Origin: Lama guanicoe
Taxonomy: Eukaryota
NCBI GenBank assembly: GCA_013239625.1
Contig: MU054541.1
Coordinates: 5,747,530 to 5,811,529, forward strand
Direction: 5' to 3'
Length of the DNA: 64,000 nucleotides
The notes beneath the pieces were generated by a model. The model was not told the DNA's origin and did not search any database. It saw nothing but the letters and a program-made list of their open reading frames with translations. This document shows, one piece after another, positions 25,253 to 39,871 of the stretch (position 1 is the stretch's first letter; every line of letters starts with the position of its first letter). Made by a program: the position numbers and the translations under genes.

Positions 25253-27165
25253 CTCGAAACAAGAGGAAGGAGAAATTATAGGGTAGGGATTGAGAATGCT
25301 GTCTGATTTCTCAAAAAGCACAGACCACAAGGTGTACATTAACCAGAGCTATGGAGGAAGTGGGCTGAGTATAATTAATTAAACAGTTAAATAACGCTCT
25401 TCTAGACTCAACTCTATGGTCATCAACTGAGTTCCCAGGGGTCCTGATGGGTAGGGAGTGAACTCTTCACTCTCTGTGCTTAATTCACTTCCAAGGGAAA
25501 GGGTGGGGGTAAAAACAGGAGGGACACAGATTATGAGTTGTTCAGATCCCTCAAAACAAAAAAAGAACCTTAATTTATTTATCTTTGGCTTTGAGTCAAT
25601 TACATAATTGTATTTTCCACAGCTGATTGAATTCATTGTTTTGCCAAATTAGTCTTTCGTTCCCTGAGCACACCCAGAATAAAAAAGGACAAGAAGCCTG
25701 CCACAAAGCAGGAAAATAGCTCGGGATCTGACGAGGGCAGAGATCATCCATCTAACAATCTGTCCGCACAAACAAACGGAGGGGCCTGGTGGGAGTCAAC
25801 TATCCGTGCTTTAAAATAAATGCCTCACGTCATTGAAGAGACCGGCTCCAAACAGGTGAACAGGCCAGCAAGGCTCCCAGGCTCAAGGGGCACAGAAAAG
25901 CAGCAGCACAAATTGAGGGGAGGGAGGGCCAGGTGAGCCTTGGTTGGCACCGGGTTGCATTTTAGCTGCTATTCACCAAAACCACCAGGCAGCACACGGA
26001 GACACCAAGTTCACAGAGTGCTGTCAAACCTATGATCGGATGTGGCGCTCACAGTAACCTTATGTGGCAGTGGGAGAGCTACCATTTTCATTCCTCCTTC
26101 CCCTCCCCCAGCAAACAGAGAAATAGACTCCTGGAGGCCGAGAGACTTGCACGAGTGCACCAGATGCCAAGTGACAATGTCAGAACTCAGTGCTTCCTTC
26201 CTCTGGGATCTTTCCCTCGTCCTGTGATACCCGGGAACCGTCCTGCCACAGGAGTGAAAATGCAGCAGGTACGGGTTAGGCGGGCACACGCCTGCCACGT
26301 GGGTTGGATCTTTCTCCCCTCGTGATTTGTTCGGTTGGCGATTCAAGTGCAGCGTCACAGCCAGCTAGCATCACTGTCCCCGGAGACTGGCTCCACGCAC
26401 TCCGAGGGCGCTGGGTGATTGAGCCAACTGGACGTACAGCGCTGGTGTTCCGATGCTTGCTGATGCCACACCAGCCACAGCCCCAAGCACAGCAAGGGAT
26501 CAAACACAGAGGTCTCTCACCCTGGGCCCTGCTGTTGCCATAAAAAACCCTCCACCCTGCAAGGTACAGGGTGAACTGCTTCTCATCATTACAAAATCTC
26601 AACCCCGGCACCGTGTTTTCAGAGCATAAACTATTGAAAGATCAGCTCTTTTCCTCTAGCACACATGAATTTTAGCAGCATGCTACACCGAAGGGCTGTT
26701 CTTTCCACCGCTGTGTTCTTTTTGATACGACTGGACACCTAACAAGCCAGCAATTTAGTCAGGGGAAGAAATCATTTCTGCACCACTTCGTAAGCGGGAG
26801 GTACGAGGCTTATCAGTTGCAGGTGGTTATGGAACCGAAGTAAACAGCCATGGACAAGCCACGCCGTCCCACTCAGAACCAGGGGACCGCATGCCTCCCT
26901 ACCTCAAGAGAAATCAAAACTCATACAAATGCCAACTTCAGCAATATCTGAAAGAGTCTCTGGGTGGGGTGCAGGGGTAAATAATTAAAATCCCGTTAGA
27001 AATGCTTATTGGGTTATTTTCTTTGTTAACAACTTACCAATTCTGAGATACTTCTGCAGGGAAACAACTAATCTTGAAATCCCATCCCAAGATTACACCT
27101 CCTCCAAGCAACATACTTCTAAGAACACTAGTGGACCATCCCAAGGACAAAGTCTCCTTTCTTAC

Positions 27166-27370
27166 CCGTGCTCTGTTGACAGGACGATCGGCTGACCATC
27201 TCTGCAGGAGACCCCTGCATGCCAAGTGTCCTTGCAGCAGGAGCAGAACTTCAGGTGGCAAGAAGGGCACTCCACCAGCACAGGCTGTCCTGGGTCACTC
27301 GATGCAACAGGGCACACCGTCTGACAGTCTGCCACGGGACACCATGTTCTGTACGGGTCCAGGTGAACTT
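27166..27370 (-). CDS. RNF144B: RNF144B coding exon 5, 205 nt: IBR (in-between-RING) domain
   Basis: ctttag|AA GTT CAC...CAC GG|gtaaga. Translates (E)[67 protein letters not shown], a C6HC-type IBR pattern. Confidence 0.97.
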
Positions 27371-28011
27371 CTAAAGCGTAAAGAAAGAAAACGTGATGGT
27401 CTACTGCCTTTCATTCAAGCTTGAAGATTTCTCCCCTCCATTTATTCTCTTTTATAAGCCAATATTTATGGAAGCGTAGTACAACCAAGGGTGGTGATTT
27501 CTACTGTTGGTCTCCAAGACGGATCCAAACCTACGAGGTCACTCAGCCCTGCCACACTTCTTAGAGCAGGTACTCATGGAATAGGCCATGTGATAACCAG
27601 CAGACCATCTCGCAAGATAACGAAGATAAAATCAATAACAAACATCTGTGAGCAGATCTTAGGGGATGGAAGTAAGAAAGCTTTTAAAATACAGAAACAT
27701 TTTAATATACAGAAAGCTTTTTATGCTTTTTTTTTGTCCAAGCATCCACAATAAAGTTTCCCCTTTTAATCAGCTCTAGAATCAGGAGGTAAAACTAGTC
27801 CCTCCGCATCGCAGCACACAGCAGATGACACATGCTGAGATGAAACACAAGGAGATTAAGTTAGAAAGAGCTACAGTGCCACATAAACAGAGATTAAAGA
27901 AAAATGAAAAACCTTGGAACAGCAACTCTGTAGGCAGCCAGAGTTTGGAAGGCATAAAAATAAAAGATGAGTCTCCTTCTGTACTTAAAGGAAATGCTGA
28001 GCAAGGACACC

Positions 28012-28218
28012 AGAAGTCACGTCTAGGAGTGGGCTCTTGCTGACTCACAAGAACCCCCCACATTCTTTCCAACTCCTCGTTCAGCGACGTCACACGGGCT
28101 GCTGGAAATCGGCCACAGTGGAAGTATTTACACCCCGGAAACTGGCAAACACTATAAATCAAAAGCCTCCTCTCCCGACCCCCACCCCCTCAAAAATCTG
28201 TTTACCAACACATCACTG
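28012..28218. mobile_element. MER63-like hAT MITE
   Basis: gaaatcggccacagtggaagtatttacaccccggaaactggcaaacactataaatca...tttaccaacacatcactg. Confidence 0.7.
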
Positions 28219-31200
28219 AACACAAGTCAAATTGAGAGTGAACGCATAAATATCTAAAACCAATGCTGGCACAGACAAGTGTGGAGCACATAGTGGGAAA
28301 GGGAAGAACAGAATTCACACAGCACAAAAAGAAGAGAAGTCCAAACTAGAAGAGGTGGTTCTTTCAACCATATTTGCTGATCAACTTTTCCTGCTTCCTG
28401 AGCATCCTATATACAGTCAGGTCTTTATCCTAGAAGTCACACTCACATGTGTATTTAGCTTCTTCTAAAGAGTATCTGGTTTTTGGTTATATATTCTAGT
28501 TTACTGTTCATTAACTGCTCTTGCATGTCTGTCTGGGATCTTCAACCCCAGGGAGAGCCACCCTAGAGGGCAGGCTTAGGTTTTGCACTTAGAAGCACAG
28601 CACGTCACAAGGAGGTGTCTCTGGATCTCCCCACCAGGGTTTCAAGCACCCCCCACTAAGACAATCAGCATCAATCAGATGGGATGCATCAGGATATTCC
28701 CGTCCACCCTAGCAGATCAAAAAATTTCCCTTTATAAATGCAGAGGATCAGGGGAGACAAGAGAAACCAAATATCTACTGATTCAAACCAATTACTTCTC
28801 TCCCATCAGCCACCTTCTAAAATAATTTAAATAAAAAGAAAGCTCTGCTAGTTAGAATCTCACATGATTAAAGCCTGAAGCAAAGTCCATCAATACAGGA
28901 GGCACCCACAGTAGCAATACGGTATCATTTGTTCATGTAACTTTTGTTTGGAAGCACAGATTTTCATACAGATGCTTGAGCTTGTCCTACATCTTTTAAA
29001 TACTGCTCTGGTTACGTTAAAGATACTTGCCAAGGGAGGTCTGCTACCGTTCTCTTGATAAACCATTAAAGGCAGAGTAAATGGCTATTCTGGTGGGAAG
29101 AGGACGGGGGAGGAGGTGGGGAGTGATCTAGCCAAATTCGTGCAAGTCCTCTCCAGTTTTATATTTCTATGTTAAAGTAAGGAGCAAAGTTAGTTAACAA
29201 GGAGTTAAGAATGGAGTATTCAAAGGAGTAGTGACTCAATTCTTCTTACTGGAGCTACAGACAAGACTGAAGATTTAGCCCTTATCGTCAAATAGCCATA
29301 CGTAAGTCTTCTATAGAAATTCATGAGTTCTGTTATTTTTGAATGAGAAGAATAGGTACATTGGCGTCTCTAGAGAATATTTCTTTCACTTGTTTTTCTC
29401 TCTGACTTCTCTGTTTTTGATTCATGACAGAGACCCCTCAGCTCAAATGCACACTTCCTACTCTTTCAACCGGGTAACTATTAATTTGGTTAGAATTGGG
29501 AAAGATAAGCCTTTGGGACTGTTACATTTGTAAGAACCAGATGACACTGAGCAAACATTAGTTCTACTTTTGAGGGTTTTTTTTTTTCATAGCTGTGCAT
29601 TTTTAATCATCACATTTAAGTCTATAAATCAGAGCCATGAATCAGCAGCCACAGATTTCCAACTTGTATCCCAATAATGCCAAAGAAGAGATTTACCCGT
29701 GTAATAAGGCAGGCCAATTTTACAAGGCGCTAAGTGAGCAGAGGGAAGAGTCCCCAGGAGATTATCTGGGAATAGTCACCAAGGGCCTGAAGGCAGATCA
29801 CGATGATAAGGCTCACAGGTAATGAGACACCATTGCAGGGGAGGGCCATTTTGATTAGGGGAGTGCTGTGCTATGATTTCCATTTTTGAAAGATTATTCT
29901 GGCTGCTGTAGGAAAAAAAAATAGATGGTAGCAGAACAAAGTAGCAGCAGAGAGATCAACTAGAAGGCTATTGTACTGATCTAATCCAAGATGGTACACC
30001 CAATCAAGACGACCCACATTAGAAGTGGAAATACTGAGAATTCAGAGCGTATTTTGAAGGTGACACTGTCAAGATTTCCTGGTAGAGATTCAGCTGGATA
30101 CTGTCATCCCAGTTGACCACAATGACCTAGAAAGGTGCCTGGAACATAGTATTCATTGAATAAATGAATGAAGCAATAGAAGTATAAGAAATGGCATCTA
30201 TGAAAAAAAGAAAAAAGAAAAAGAAAGAAATGGTATCCATAGATCAATTCCCGATGGTTAAAAAAAAAAAAAAGATAGCTTTGGTGGCAAGGTTCTCTAT
30301 TGCTCAGCCCTGCATTCAGGCATTTCCAGAGAACAGAAACAACTACCCACAGAGATTTTTGTACAGGGCGTCTTGGAGTCTCTTGGAGAACAGCTTCCCT
30401 CAACTGGAAGAGGGGTCCGGACATCCACGCCTGGCCATGTTACCCTGAAAAGGTAACTGAGCAAAACATGGCATCTGCCCTTCTGACTGCCCTTCAGTCC
30501 AGCTCCCAGAAGAGCAGCTCCCAGTGAAAGTCAACAGAAGCTAAGAGTTGTTTCGCTTTTTTAAAATTATAACTCCAATAGGCCATTAAGAGCACAATTT
30601 TGCTTTATATATCTCAGGTACCAGAGTGTACCACAAGTGGGGCCTGAAGTCAGATTGGTAGAAAAGGGAAAAACGCTGAAGAGGCATCAGACATTGGCAG
30701 CCAACAGGACTTCCAGAACCCAAGCTAAAAAGGAACAGATGAGTGGACACCAGGTGGTAGCCAAATCACTGTCACATGAGCCAGGGCCGCCTTCTCCTCG
30801 CTCTCCCCTCCACACCAATTATCTGAGAGGAGTCTGAAGGGAAGGAGAGCCCCCAGGGTTAATGGGAGACTTTCTAAAACACTTTTTGTTACTATCATTG
30901 TGAATTCAATTCCACCTCCTGGCTTGTGGCCTGAGAAACACAGTTATAATGTTGATAAACAAAATGCACACTTATCCCAAACTCTTAAGGGTTATTAGTT
31001 CCTTCCTCCTTCCAATTTCTATTCAAAAGTACGGGAAAAAAAACCCCAAAAAAACCCCAATGCATATTCAGCTCATTTCTTCTGTATCAGCAGTGATGAA
31101 AGCTTCCTGTAGCTCTGAGGTGGGGAAAAGCTAAGAAACCTAGAAAAAGAGAATAGTGCCCCAACACTTTACTCTGAACATGATTTAAAAGTGATTAACT

Positions 31201-32222
31201 GGAACATACTTATATCAGAGACAGACGAAGTCACAGACTTGAACTGGAATTTACTTATGAAAATTAGAATTGATTTCTGAAGTAAAGCCCCAAGACTATC
31301 TGATCCCCAGACTCTGCTTGTTCATGTAAATTATGCAAGGCAGGAAGTGCTGTTTAAAACTATTTTCTAATTCTGTACTCTGACGATTATTAGGAAATAG
31401 AAACATTCTAAGAAAATAAAACTGCCATGACACCTAAAGACCACGTCTGACCCCAATAATTGTTTTCAGTTTTCAAAAACTGAACTCAAGACTGGGTTTT
31501 CCCACCTGAAACTATCAGCATTAGACATGGGGAGATTGCTTTTTAATCCTGTTATATATTCTCTCAGCTAACATGAGTGGCTTTTCTGCTATCTTCAACC
31601 ATTGTGAGGCTGTGCCAAAAAAAGACATTGTATGCATTTTTATTACTGCGGGAAACACCATGCACTCAAGCTAATTTGATTATCAGCCAAAATAATTCAA
31701 ACTGTTTTAACTTTTATGACCTGCTGCATTTTTAAGTATGCCAAAATTAATTGGCTTTCTGCTATCTCAAAGAACAAAGGTCTTCTGCAGATACTTAAAA
31801 TGCAATTAAACCAAACTGACTGGAATTAACATCTGCTACAGTAAACACACCCAAACAGAGGTGGCCATCAGCAGAGGGGATGCTCTTAAGATAATGGACG
31901 AGAACCACAGAATTTCAAACTTGGCAACAAATTTTGAGATTATCTAGTGTAACACTGTTATATTGAGACCAATCAAAGTCAGGAGTTTGCATAACTCGTG
32001 GTTAATGAGAGTATAATGGAATCAGGCTTTTTTTACTCTTAGAATACCACTATTTTTGTAGAAATACAATCACATCATTAAATAGACTATAAAACCCTTA
32101 TCATCATGAAAATCTTTTCTCTTTAAGGAGCAACTTCAAACACTTCATCTCGGCAAGTCATGATCTCCTCGGAGATGGTCACAGAAGGTGGAATCATGCT
32201 TTGGGTGAGAATACACTGTATG

Positions 32223-32363
32223 GGCAGGGGAGGCTATAGCTCCATGGTAGAGTACATGCTTAGCATGCACAAGGTTCTGGGTTCAATCCCCAGTATTTCA
32301 ATCAATCAACCTAATTACCACCCTTCAAAATAAAATAGCTTCAATAAAGCAGAAAAAAAAAAA
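32223..32363 (+). mobile_element. Camelid tRNA-derived SINE (Vic-1-like) with 16-bp TSD
   Basis: Same head and CCTAATTACC motif as the 10281 copy, with a poly(A) tail. TSD gagaatacact(g/a)tatg at 32207-32222 and 32364-32379. Confidence 0.9.
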
Positions 32364-33739
32364 GAGAATACACTATATGAAGGAAACTGATATGATAGAG
32401 GTATAAGAAATTTGTACTGATTATCAAGTTTCTATACAACTCTCCAGAATCTAGAACAGTAAGGATGGAAACAGAGTGAAAAATATTTGCATTAAGAAGA
32501 AAAGAAAACAGAGTGATATTACTGTGCATTCAGTCCCAGGTACGATCTAGATTCTGGAAGATGCTTTCTTAGTTTAGTTTAAAAAACCAGGGACATGATT
32601 TGGTGGTGGAAGTGCTGAACAACAATGACAAAAATAACAATAATGATAGTAACAGTTTATTGAATGCACACTGTGACAACCTCAGTATTAACTCATTTAT
32701 TCTCCACAACAGCCTGAGGACAATCACTCCTTTACTGTCCCCATTTTATAGATGAGGAAATGGAAGCACAGACAGGAAGAAGCAAACACTTAACATTGTG
32801 CCTCTAATTCAGGACCCCTTTAGAAATATCACCTAACTTGCTATTAGATGTCTTTTTTTGCAGACATTTCAGTTTAGGAGAGCTATGGAAACATCTAGAG
32901 GGTGCTGTTGTAGATTTAAATGTGGTCAACAAAAAAAAAACTGGATGGTTAAGTTGAAGAAGTTGAGAAGTGGAGGAGAAAGTGTTATCATCCGAAAGCA
33001 CAGAGTAGCTTGAGAAGGAAACCCTACACTTGTCATACATTTACCACAAAACACCAGAAAATCAGGCTCCAAAAAAAAGTGCGCCTGCACACACACGTAC
33101 ACACAGAGATGATAAGACTAAACTTGTGATCAGAAACTACGAAAAGGAAGGTGACTAATGAGAGGTGGGAGATGTTAAAAAAATAAAGCTGAACTGATGA
33201 TAAAGTCATTTAGTGTCATGCAGCCTTAAAAAGAAAAAAAAAAACACTAAAAGAAGCCAAATAGCTATACAGGGAGCTCTGGTGAGGTAAGACTTGAATA
33301 ATCAGATACCAAAGGTGGAGTGGGAGCATTTCACCCAGGACAAACACAAGAGCGAGGTGAAATTTGAAGAGCCGTCTCATAAATGTGAAGACTCCAAATG
33401 AAAGGAGGCTGGTGAAAACTGCTGAGGACAAAAGAGCTTTCAAAGAAAGAGGGAACCACAGCTTGAAGCCACCCCTGGAACTGCCCCTGGCACGTAACAG
33501 ATACTCAGTACATACATGACTTATATACTGAATATACCAGTGAAGGCAGTAGGATTCACAGGTGATAACAGGAAAGCAAATTCCTATTGCAGTCACCTTT
33601 TTATGAAGGAGAACAATAATGGCACTTACACCATTTGTAAGAGTTTCCAGCCACTATATGATAATACAAATATCCAAGAACAGACACATTAACCTGCCAA
33701 GGAACTGAAGCAACTTGCAGTCACAGTAAGTTAAAAGGG

Positions 33740-34260
33740 TCACAAAAATTAGAAAAAGTGTTTAAGGACTAGAGATGGATAATCTTAACCCAGTTTAAAA
33801 AAAAAATTGAGAAAGTAGGTTCTGGAAACAAGAGACAAATAAAATTCTAACCTTAATCATCAGACATATGCTTTGAGAACCAGTAGAAAGTAAAGCAATA
33901 ATCATGAACACATGTCAAACTCAGTACTCCCTTTTCTTTGTTAATATTGGAAGACAGACCCAGAAAGGAAAATCTACAAACACAGCAGTAGCCAATGGAA
34001 AAATCACAGATGGACGGAAAGTGAATTCATAGACTAACCAATCAATGCCAAATGGCACTTCTCTGATTTGCGTAAACAGAGTGATGATTTTGGACCATTC
34101 CTATTCAAAAGATTTTCCCCTCAAAGACGTAGATGAAAACAAAGACGTAAAAGACAAGCTAATCAAACATGTCACAGGAAAATTAAAACACTGGATGGCA
34201 AACTAAAAACTGAGAAAAGAACTTGGTAGCAATACGAATTGAACAAAACCAATGATAATT
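33740..34260 (+). mobile_element. Ancient CR1/L3 ORF2 remnant
   Basis: gactagagatggataatcttaacccagtttaaaaaa...gtaggttctggaaacaagagac resembles the decayed W...N..PIFKKG.K...GNYRP motif; later ggaccattcctattcaa...ctaatcaaa. Confidence 0.45.
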
Positions 34261-36338
34261 TTTCTTCCTAAGATAGAGGAGCTGCCACTTACCTGATTCT
34301 ACATTTTCTCAGAGTAAAAACAACCTCTCCAGTTCTGCCCCAGAGTCCAGTCAATGAGTTTCACTTTCCACCAGTAGTTACTTAACCCATTCATAATATT
34401 ATTATTTGATAACATCCCAAGATCCCCTTTTAAATAGTAACACACAAAATATTTTCCCGACATAGCCCTCACACTCACCTCACTGGTAAGTTTTGAGTTT
34501 GAGGTGGGCATGAAGTCTATCATTTAAAAAGGAGGTATACAATTTAGATAAAGATCATCCCAATCAAGTAAACTGCATTGTGTAGCACCATACTACTAGA
34601 ATTTGTCTAATTAGAATCAGACATTAATTAGAATCAATTACCAAAAAAAAAGAAATTTTTAGCTAATAAAACGTCCAGAAACAATGATGAATAAGGCCTG
34701 CTACTGGACAGATGGGGAAACAGGTGGGTGGGGACGAGGTCGGTGGTCATGGAGGACCAGAGGAGCATCTGGGGCAACAGAACGCTGTAAATGGCTGAGC
34801 CCTGGTTACTGAGTGGGACTGGTGGGACTGACAGGTCTGACCGCTTAAGAAGAAGTCTGAAAATTCAACCTAACTCCTTTGACTTTCTCCAGGTAAGAAG
34901 CCCTCACATCATGGCACTGGCTACCAGCCACATCCATCCACAGGGTGAATGTCTAAGTTCCAGCAGTGATTTATTTTTATATGAGAGGATATTGGGATAA
35001 AGTGGGAGAATGGCAGGGCAGATGTTTGACCCCATTAATCAGCATCTGATGTGTTATAATGTCCAATCTAATCAGCCCACGTGGAAGGATCGGGGGGTCC
35101 AATATAAACTACTGCACCATTAATCCCTCTAGTTGGCTCGGAATCCACACAGGACAGGGTATCAGGCTATGCTTCATCCATTGGAAACCTGAAATTCATC
35201 TGACTCTGCTGGTTCTGATTCCATGTTCAACAGCATCCTGTTTGCATGTTTCTACAGGGCAACCATGCAATTCAGGTAACGTAACCCAGGAATTTTTTCG
35301 TGAACTTCACCTTAATATATCAGCCTTAAAAATTCAGTTAAATGATCTGCTTATGAGAGATGAAGCTGCTTTTGGCTTGCTAAAAATAAAAAGCCTATGA
35401 GACTGAACCAAACTGTGGTCATAGGTAGCAAATACCATCCCCTGCAAACACTCCTAACTCTTCCCCACTTTATGCTTTGCATGATTTTCTTTCTTTATTC
35501 GTGTCAGGGTAATTGCAAAAGTTAAATGAGATGAAGGTAATTGTGCTTACCAAATTTCCTGGCACATGACAGATACATATTCATTTGTTCCCCTACCCTC
35601 TCATCTCTAGACTTTATTAATCCCAATTAAAAAGCTAGCAGTCAGAAAATTGTATGCTCATGCTAGGTTACAGTTTATGTTACATACTCGACGAGGCTAC
35701 ACCAGTCTGATGAATTCCAGGGGAAACAATTTTCTCCTACTTACCAGGTATGGAAAAACACACCAAAAAATAATTCCTACAGATAAAAAGGCAATATAAA
35801 TAGAAAAGCTATATAAACTACCCCAAGTCCAAAGTCAGACAGTAGTTCTATACACTGTAAACAGCATTAGGGTGACAGACTCAGCCATCACTGTAATCAC
35901 AAGTGTAGGATCAGAAGAACAAACGGGGTGACTATTACAATGAGCAGTAAAAATGTTTGGGTGGGTTAAGGTTTTGAAATCATCTTCAAGAGAAGGAAAA
36001 CTGGCGGTAAAACCCATTTTGAGGTTCACGTCTTTCTGTCATACTGTTATTGTGAAACTATTCAACTTCTGCAGAACTGCTCTCACATGAGCCGAATTAA
36101 AAATACAAAAACAGCCAGCATAAGGAAAGCTCTATTTCCTGCTCGTCTGCATTTTTTTCTGGCTGTGGCTGAGAAAGTTGAAAGTTTATGTTGCCATTAC
36201 AGTTTTCTTTTTTCTGAGTACCCTTGTGGCTTTGCTGACAGCCCACAGCTGCCTTGATCGTCCACGCAGGTTAGTGTGAAGAGGACACATATAAAAAACA
36301 CACTCGCCATCAGGATCAAAAGCAGAGAGCATACATAC

Positions 36339-36399
36339 CTCGTTCAAACTTTAACCGCTGATAAAGCTGAAACTGATCCACAGGTACCAAACAGGCAAT
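36339..36399 (-). CDS. RNF144B: RNF144B coding exon 4, 61 nt: RING1-IBR linker
   Basis: ctgctttcag|ATT GCC TGT...GAA CGA G|gtatgt. Translates [20 protein letters not shown] plus 1 nt, in frame with both flanking exons. Confidence 0.96.
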
Positions 36400-36487
36400 C
36401 TGAAAGCAGAGATGTTAGAAAGATGAGACTTTAGTCATCACAGAGCCCTGAATTACCAGTCTGTTTTATGATCTCTTTTTCTTGACT

Positions 36488-37092
36488 TTATTTTTTAAAT
36501 TTTTATGTAATTTTTAAAGGTGACTTTCCATTTACAGCTATTACAAAATTATTGGCTATACTCTCCATGTCATACAATACATCCTTGAGCTTATCTTACA
36601 CCCAAGAGCCTGTACCTTCCTCTCCCCAACCCCTACGTTGCCCCTCCCCACCCTCCACTGGTAACCACTAGTTTGTTCCCTAGATCTGTGAGTCTGCTTC
36701 TTTTTTTGGTTATATTCACTAGTTTGTTGTCATTTTTTNNNNNNNNNNNNNNNNNNNNNNNNNNNNNNNNNNNNNNNNNNNNNNNNNNNNNNNNNNNNNN
36801 NNNNNNNNNNNNNNNNNNNNNNNNNNNNNNNNNNNNNNNNNNNNNNNNNNNNNNNNNNNNNNNNNNNNNNNNNNNNNNNNNNNNNNNNNNNNNNNNNNNN
36901 NNNNNNNNNNNNNNNNNNNNNNNNNNNNNNNNNNNNNNNNNNNNNNNNNNNNNNNNNNNNNNNNNNNNNNNNNNNNNNNNNNNNNNNNNNNNNNNNNNNN
37001 NNNNNNNNNNNNNNNNNNNNNNNNNNNNNNTGCTTGAATTAGTGTTTTTGTTTTTTGGATATATATATCCAGAAGTGACTTGCTGGGTTATG
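36488..37092 (-). mobile_element. L1 3' end, partly N, ending ~90 nt before the exon 4 acceptor
   Basis: ggtaaccactagtttgtt...gagtctgcttc...atattcactagtttgttg is the reverse complement of the L1 at 61340-61420. N-run at 36739-37030. Confidence 0.85.
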
Positions 37093-39871
37093 ACCCCTTA
37101 CTCTTGTCTGTACCAATTGTCTGCCATGTCTTTTCCTTTACACTGTTCATGCATTAACACAAGCGGCAATTGCCAAATTATCCCCATCTTCTGCAACAGC
37201 TACAAGTCTCTGCTTAAGGCACCAGTTACAGACCTCACTGATCACCTCCCATTCTTTGATCAGCAGCTAACAAGACCGATAACCACATTTTTGGACTTCT
37301 CAAATTATTTGTGTACATACACGACCGATGCTCCTTTTGGCTCTTTATTTAAGAAACTTTTAAAAGATTATAGTCTCTCCTACTGGGCATTATTCTTCAA
37401 ACAGAGCCACTGCCTGAAGATTCAAGTGCAGGGAGTGGCTGGGTTGACTACCAAAAAAAAAAAAAAGATTATAGTTCTAGTTTTAGAACCTTAGAAAACT
37501 AGTACCAGGTAGATAGCACCTCAGGAATTAAGAAAACTTCGTGAGTCACCCAGGGAATAGTACTTTCTAAGCAATACGAAAAATCATTTCTTCTGACAAA
37601 AATCACTTCACAGGGCCTTTGGTGATCACTCACTGCCATCCATGCCCTGGCGAAAAGGAAATGCCTAAGATATTTCTTGTGGCTAGACTCCCATTTCCAC
37701 TTCAGATAGCACTAGTAAACAACAATGATTCACATCTAACTAAATGACATTTCAGATCAATCATTTTTAAATTGCATTTCCAAGCCAGACGCAGGAAAAG
37801 CTAACCGCTCTTAAACTGGTATTCTAAAAGTAATAATTCTACTGACGTCCATATAGAAGTACACGGACATGGATTAAAAGACTTATAACTGAGAGAAATC
37901 AAAGGATTTTATATGAGGTTTCCAGACACTCAGCAAATTGATAAAGGACACAGTCATAGTCTTGGCAATTCCAACTGTAAAGCATTTCATATTTTGGTAG
38001 AAAATGTATCTAGATACACGTTCTTGCAACTAATGGAAGAAAGTCTGCTTTGAGAAAGGCTGAGTTTAAAAATGAGGCATCAAAAATGATACGTAACAAA
38101 TATAATACATTTTAAAAGGTATTGAAAATCTAATTCTCCCCATCACGCACACAAAAATCAACGTTTATTTTTCAAATGAATCAAATTAAGTTAGCTAAAA
38201 CATATGAAGAAACCACAAAACAGGCAATTTCAGGCTTCTTTGTGCCAAGTAGAATATGGCAAAACTTAAATTTAATTATAATATTTTTCCTCCAGTTGGA
38301 GGGGAAATGTTTCATTTTCATCTGGCACCTTAAATAAAAGCTTCTTAGTAATTACTGTAAAATAGTTATGGTTAATTTTACATGATGTGTATTTTATCAT
38401 AATTTTTTAAAGTTAGGCTTTGGGTATACTGGCAGCCAGTTATAATACTACCTGGAAGACAAAGTTGTCTCAAGTAAAATGCAGAGTTGGAGACAGAAGG
38501 AGCAGGCTCATGAAGGGATGGAAAGCATTAAAGAATCAGAGTTGGATTCCTGACTTAGTCACTAATGCACTGCAAGTGGAGGACAAACAATCTGACACTA
38601 CTTTAACTTTTGGACCAAGGTAACTTGGGGAATGATGTCATCTGAGCCTGATAGACCTCCATAATATTCCAGAAATCTATTTTTAACACCCCCCCCCAAA
38701 ATGCTACTTGACGTCTTTGATTCTATGGGAGAGTCTTGTATTCTGCATAACACCATCTAAAATAGTTTCTGAACTGATGAAGCCCTTCTTCAAAGCCGTC
38801 AAAGTCAACCCCTAAAAACTCTGATTTTTTCCAACGACAAGCCATTTATATAACAGCTAAGTCAAACTGAGTTGATGCAAGACAAAGCAAATAGGAGATA
38901 AGATATTTTAGATACAGATGAAATTCTAATGAGAAAAATGACAGAAATTAATGCAGTAAAAAGTCAACAACAGTAGAGATGGATGTTTAATTTTAAGTGA
39001 GAAAGATAAATTTCACCAGAGGTACATTACTGTCAACAGGGAAGTCTGAAGTTTCTAATTTTTTTTGGCTCTTACTCGACTTTGAATCTCTTACTTATTA
39101 TTTTATAGGTCAAAGTTTTATATGGAATTAGGCCTTAATCAGGTAAAACAATTTTTCTGTTGAAACCTGTGATCACAAAAAATTAGTTTCATCACTTCTC
39201 ACTGTGTCACTGTGTTTAATCCTTTTGGAATAAAGTTGACACCAAAACACACCGTTCTCTTCGCCAGTCCCTACTTTCTGGATTTGTATCTTCCCATATA
39301 CTCAGTGACAGTCTCTTACGGGTAGAGCATTGGCTGGAAGCCTGGGGACACAAAAGAGGAAGGAGATACAGAGGCTGCCTCCAAGGAACTTAAATTACTC
39401 AGAAGTCAATATGCACACATAAGTTTAAAAACAGATCTATTCCTTGATCTTCTCATTTGTTGGATTTCACAGATTACAGCTAATTTTCTGAAATGTTCCT
39501 GTTATACTTTGACTTTAGATAAGAGAAAGCTGGACCAAGTTTAAAAAAAAAATAATAATCCAAAGTATTAAATTCCTGGTTCCATTGCTATCTGGCGCTA
39601 AGTCACTATTTCTCAATGCCTTTTCCAATTATAAAACTGAAATTCATGTGTTAGGATGATGACTGAAGGCTCAATAAGGCCACAGGTTAAGGAGCTACTG
39701 CTTTAAAAAAAAAAAAAAAAAGATGAGAAAGAATCACGAGGACACTAAAACTGATTGCAAAATTGAAAATTCTAGAGAATAAAAGAGATGATAATGAGGT
39801 GTCTTGAGGTATCAATTACCCTCTTCCTGCCAACCAAGAAATTCCAAATCATTGAAAACCATACCAAGACA

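Noticed and set aside
25950-26900. Mildly CpG-rich patch in intron 5 with overlapping ORFs
   Set aside because: CpG density looks too low for an island, there is no promoter architecture, and the ORFs have no recognisable protein features.
36673-37494. 273-aa ORF (also 60652..61251, 60830..61324, 55611..55980 and 4640..4973)
   Set aside because: They are long only because N-runs hide stop codons, and they overlap L1 or MLT copies.
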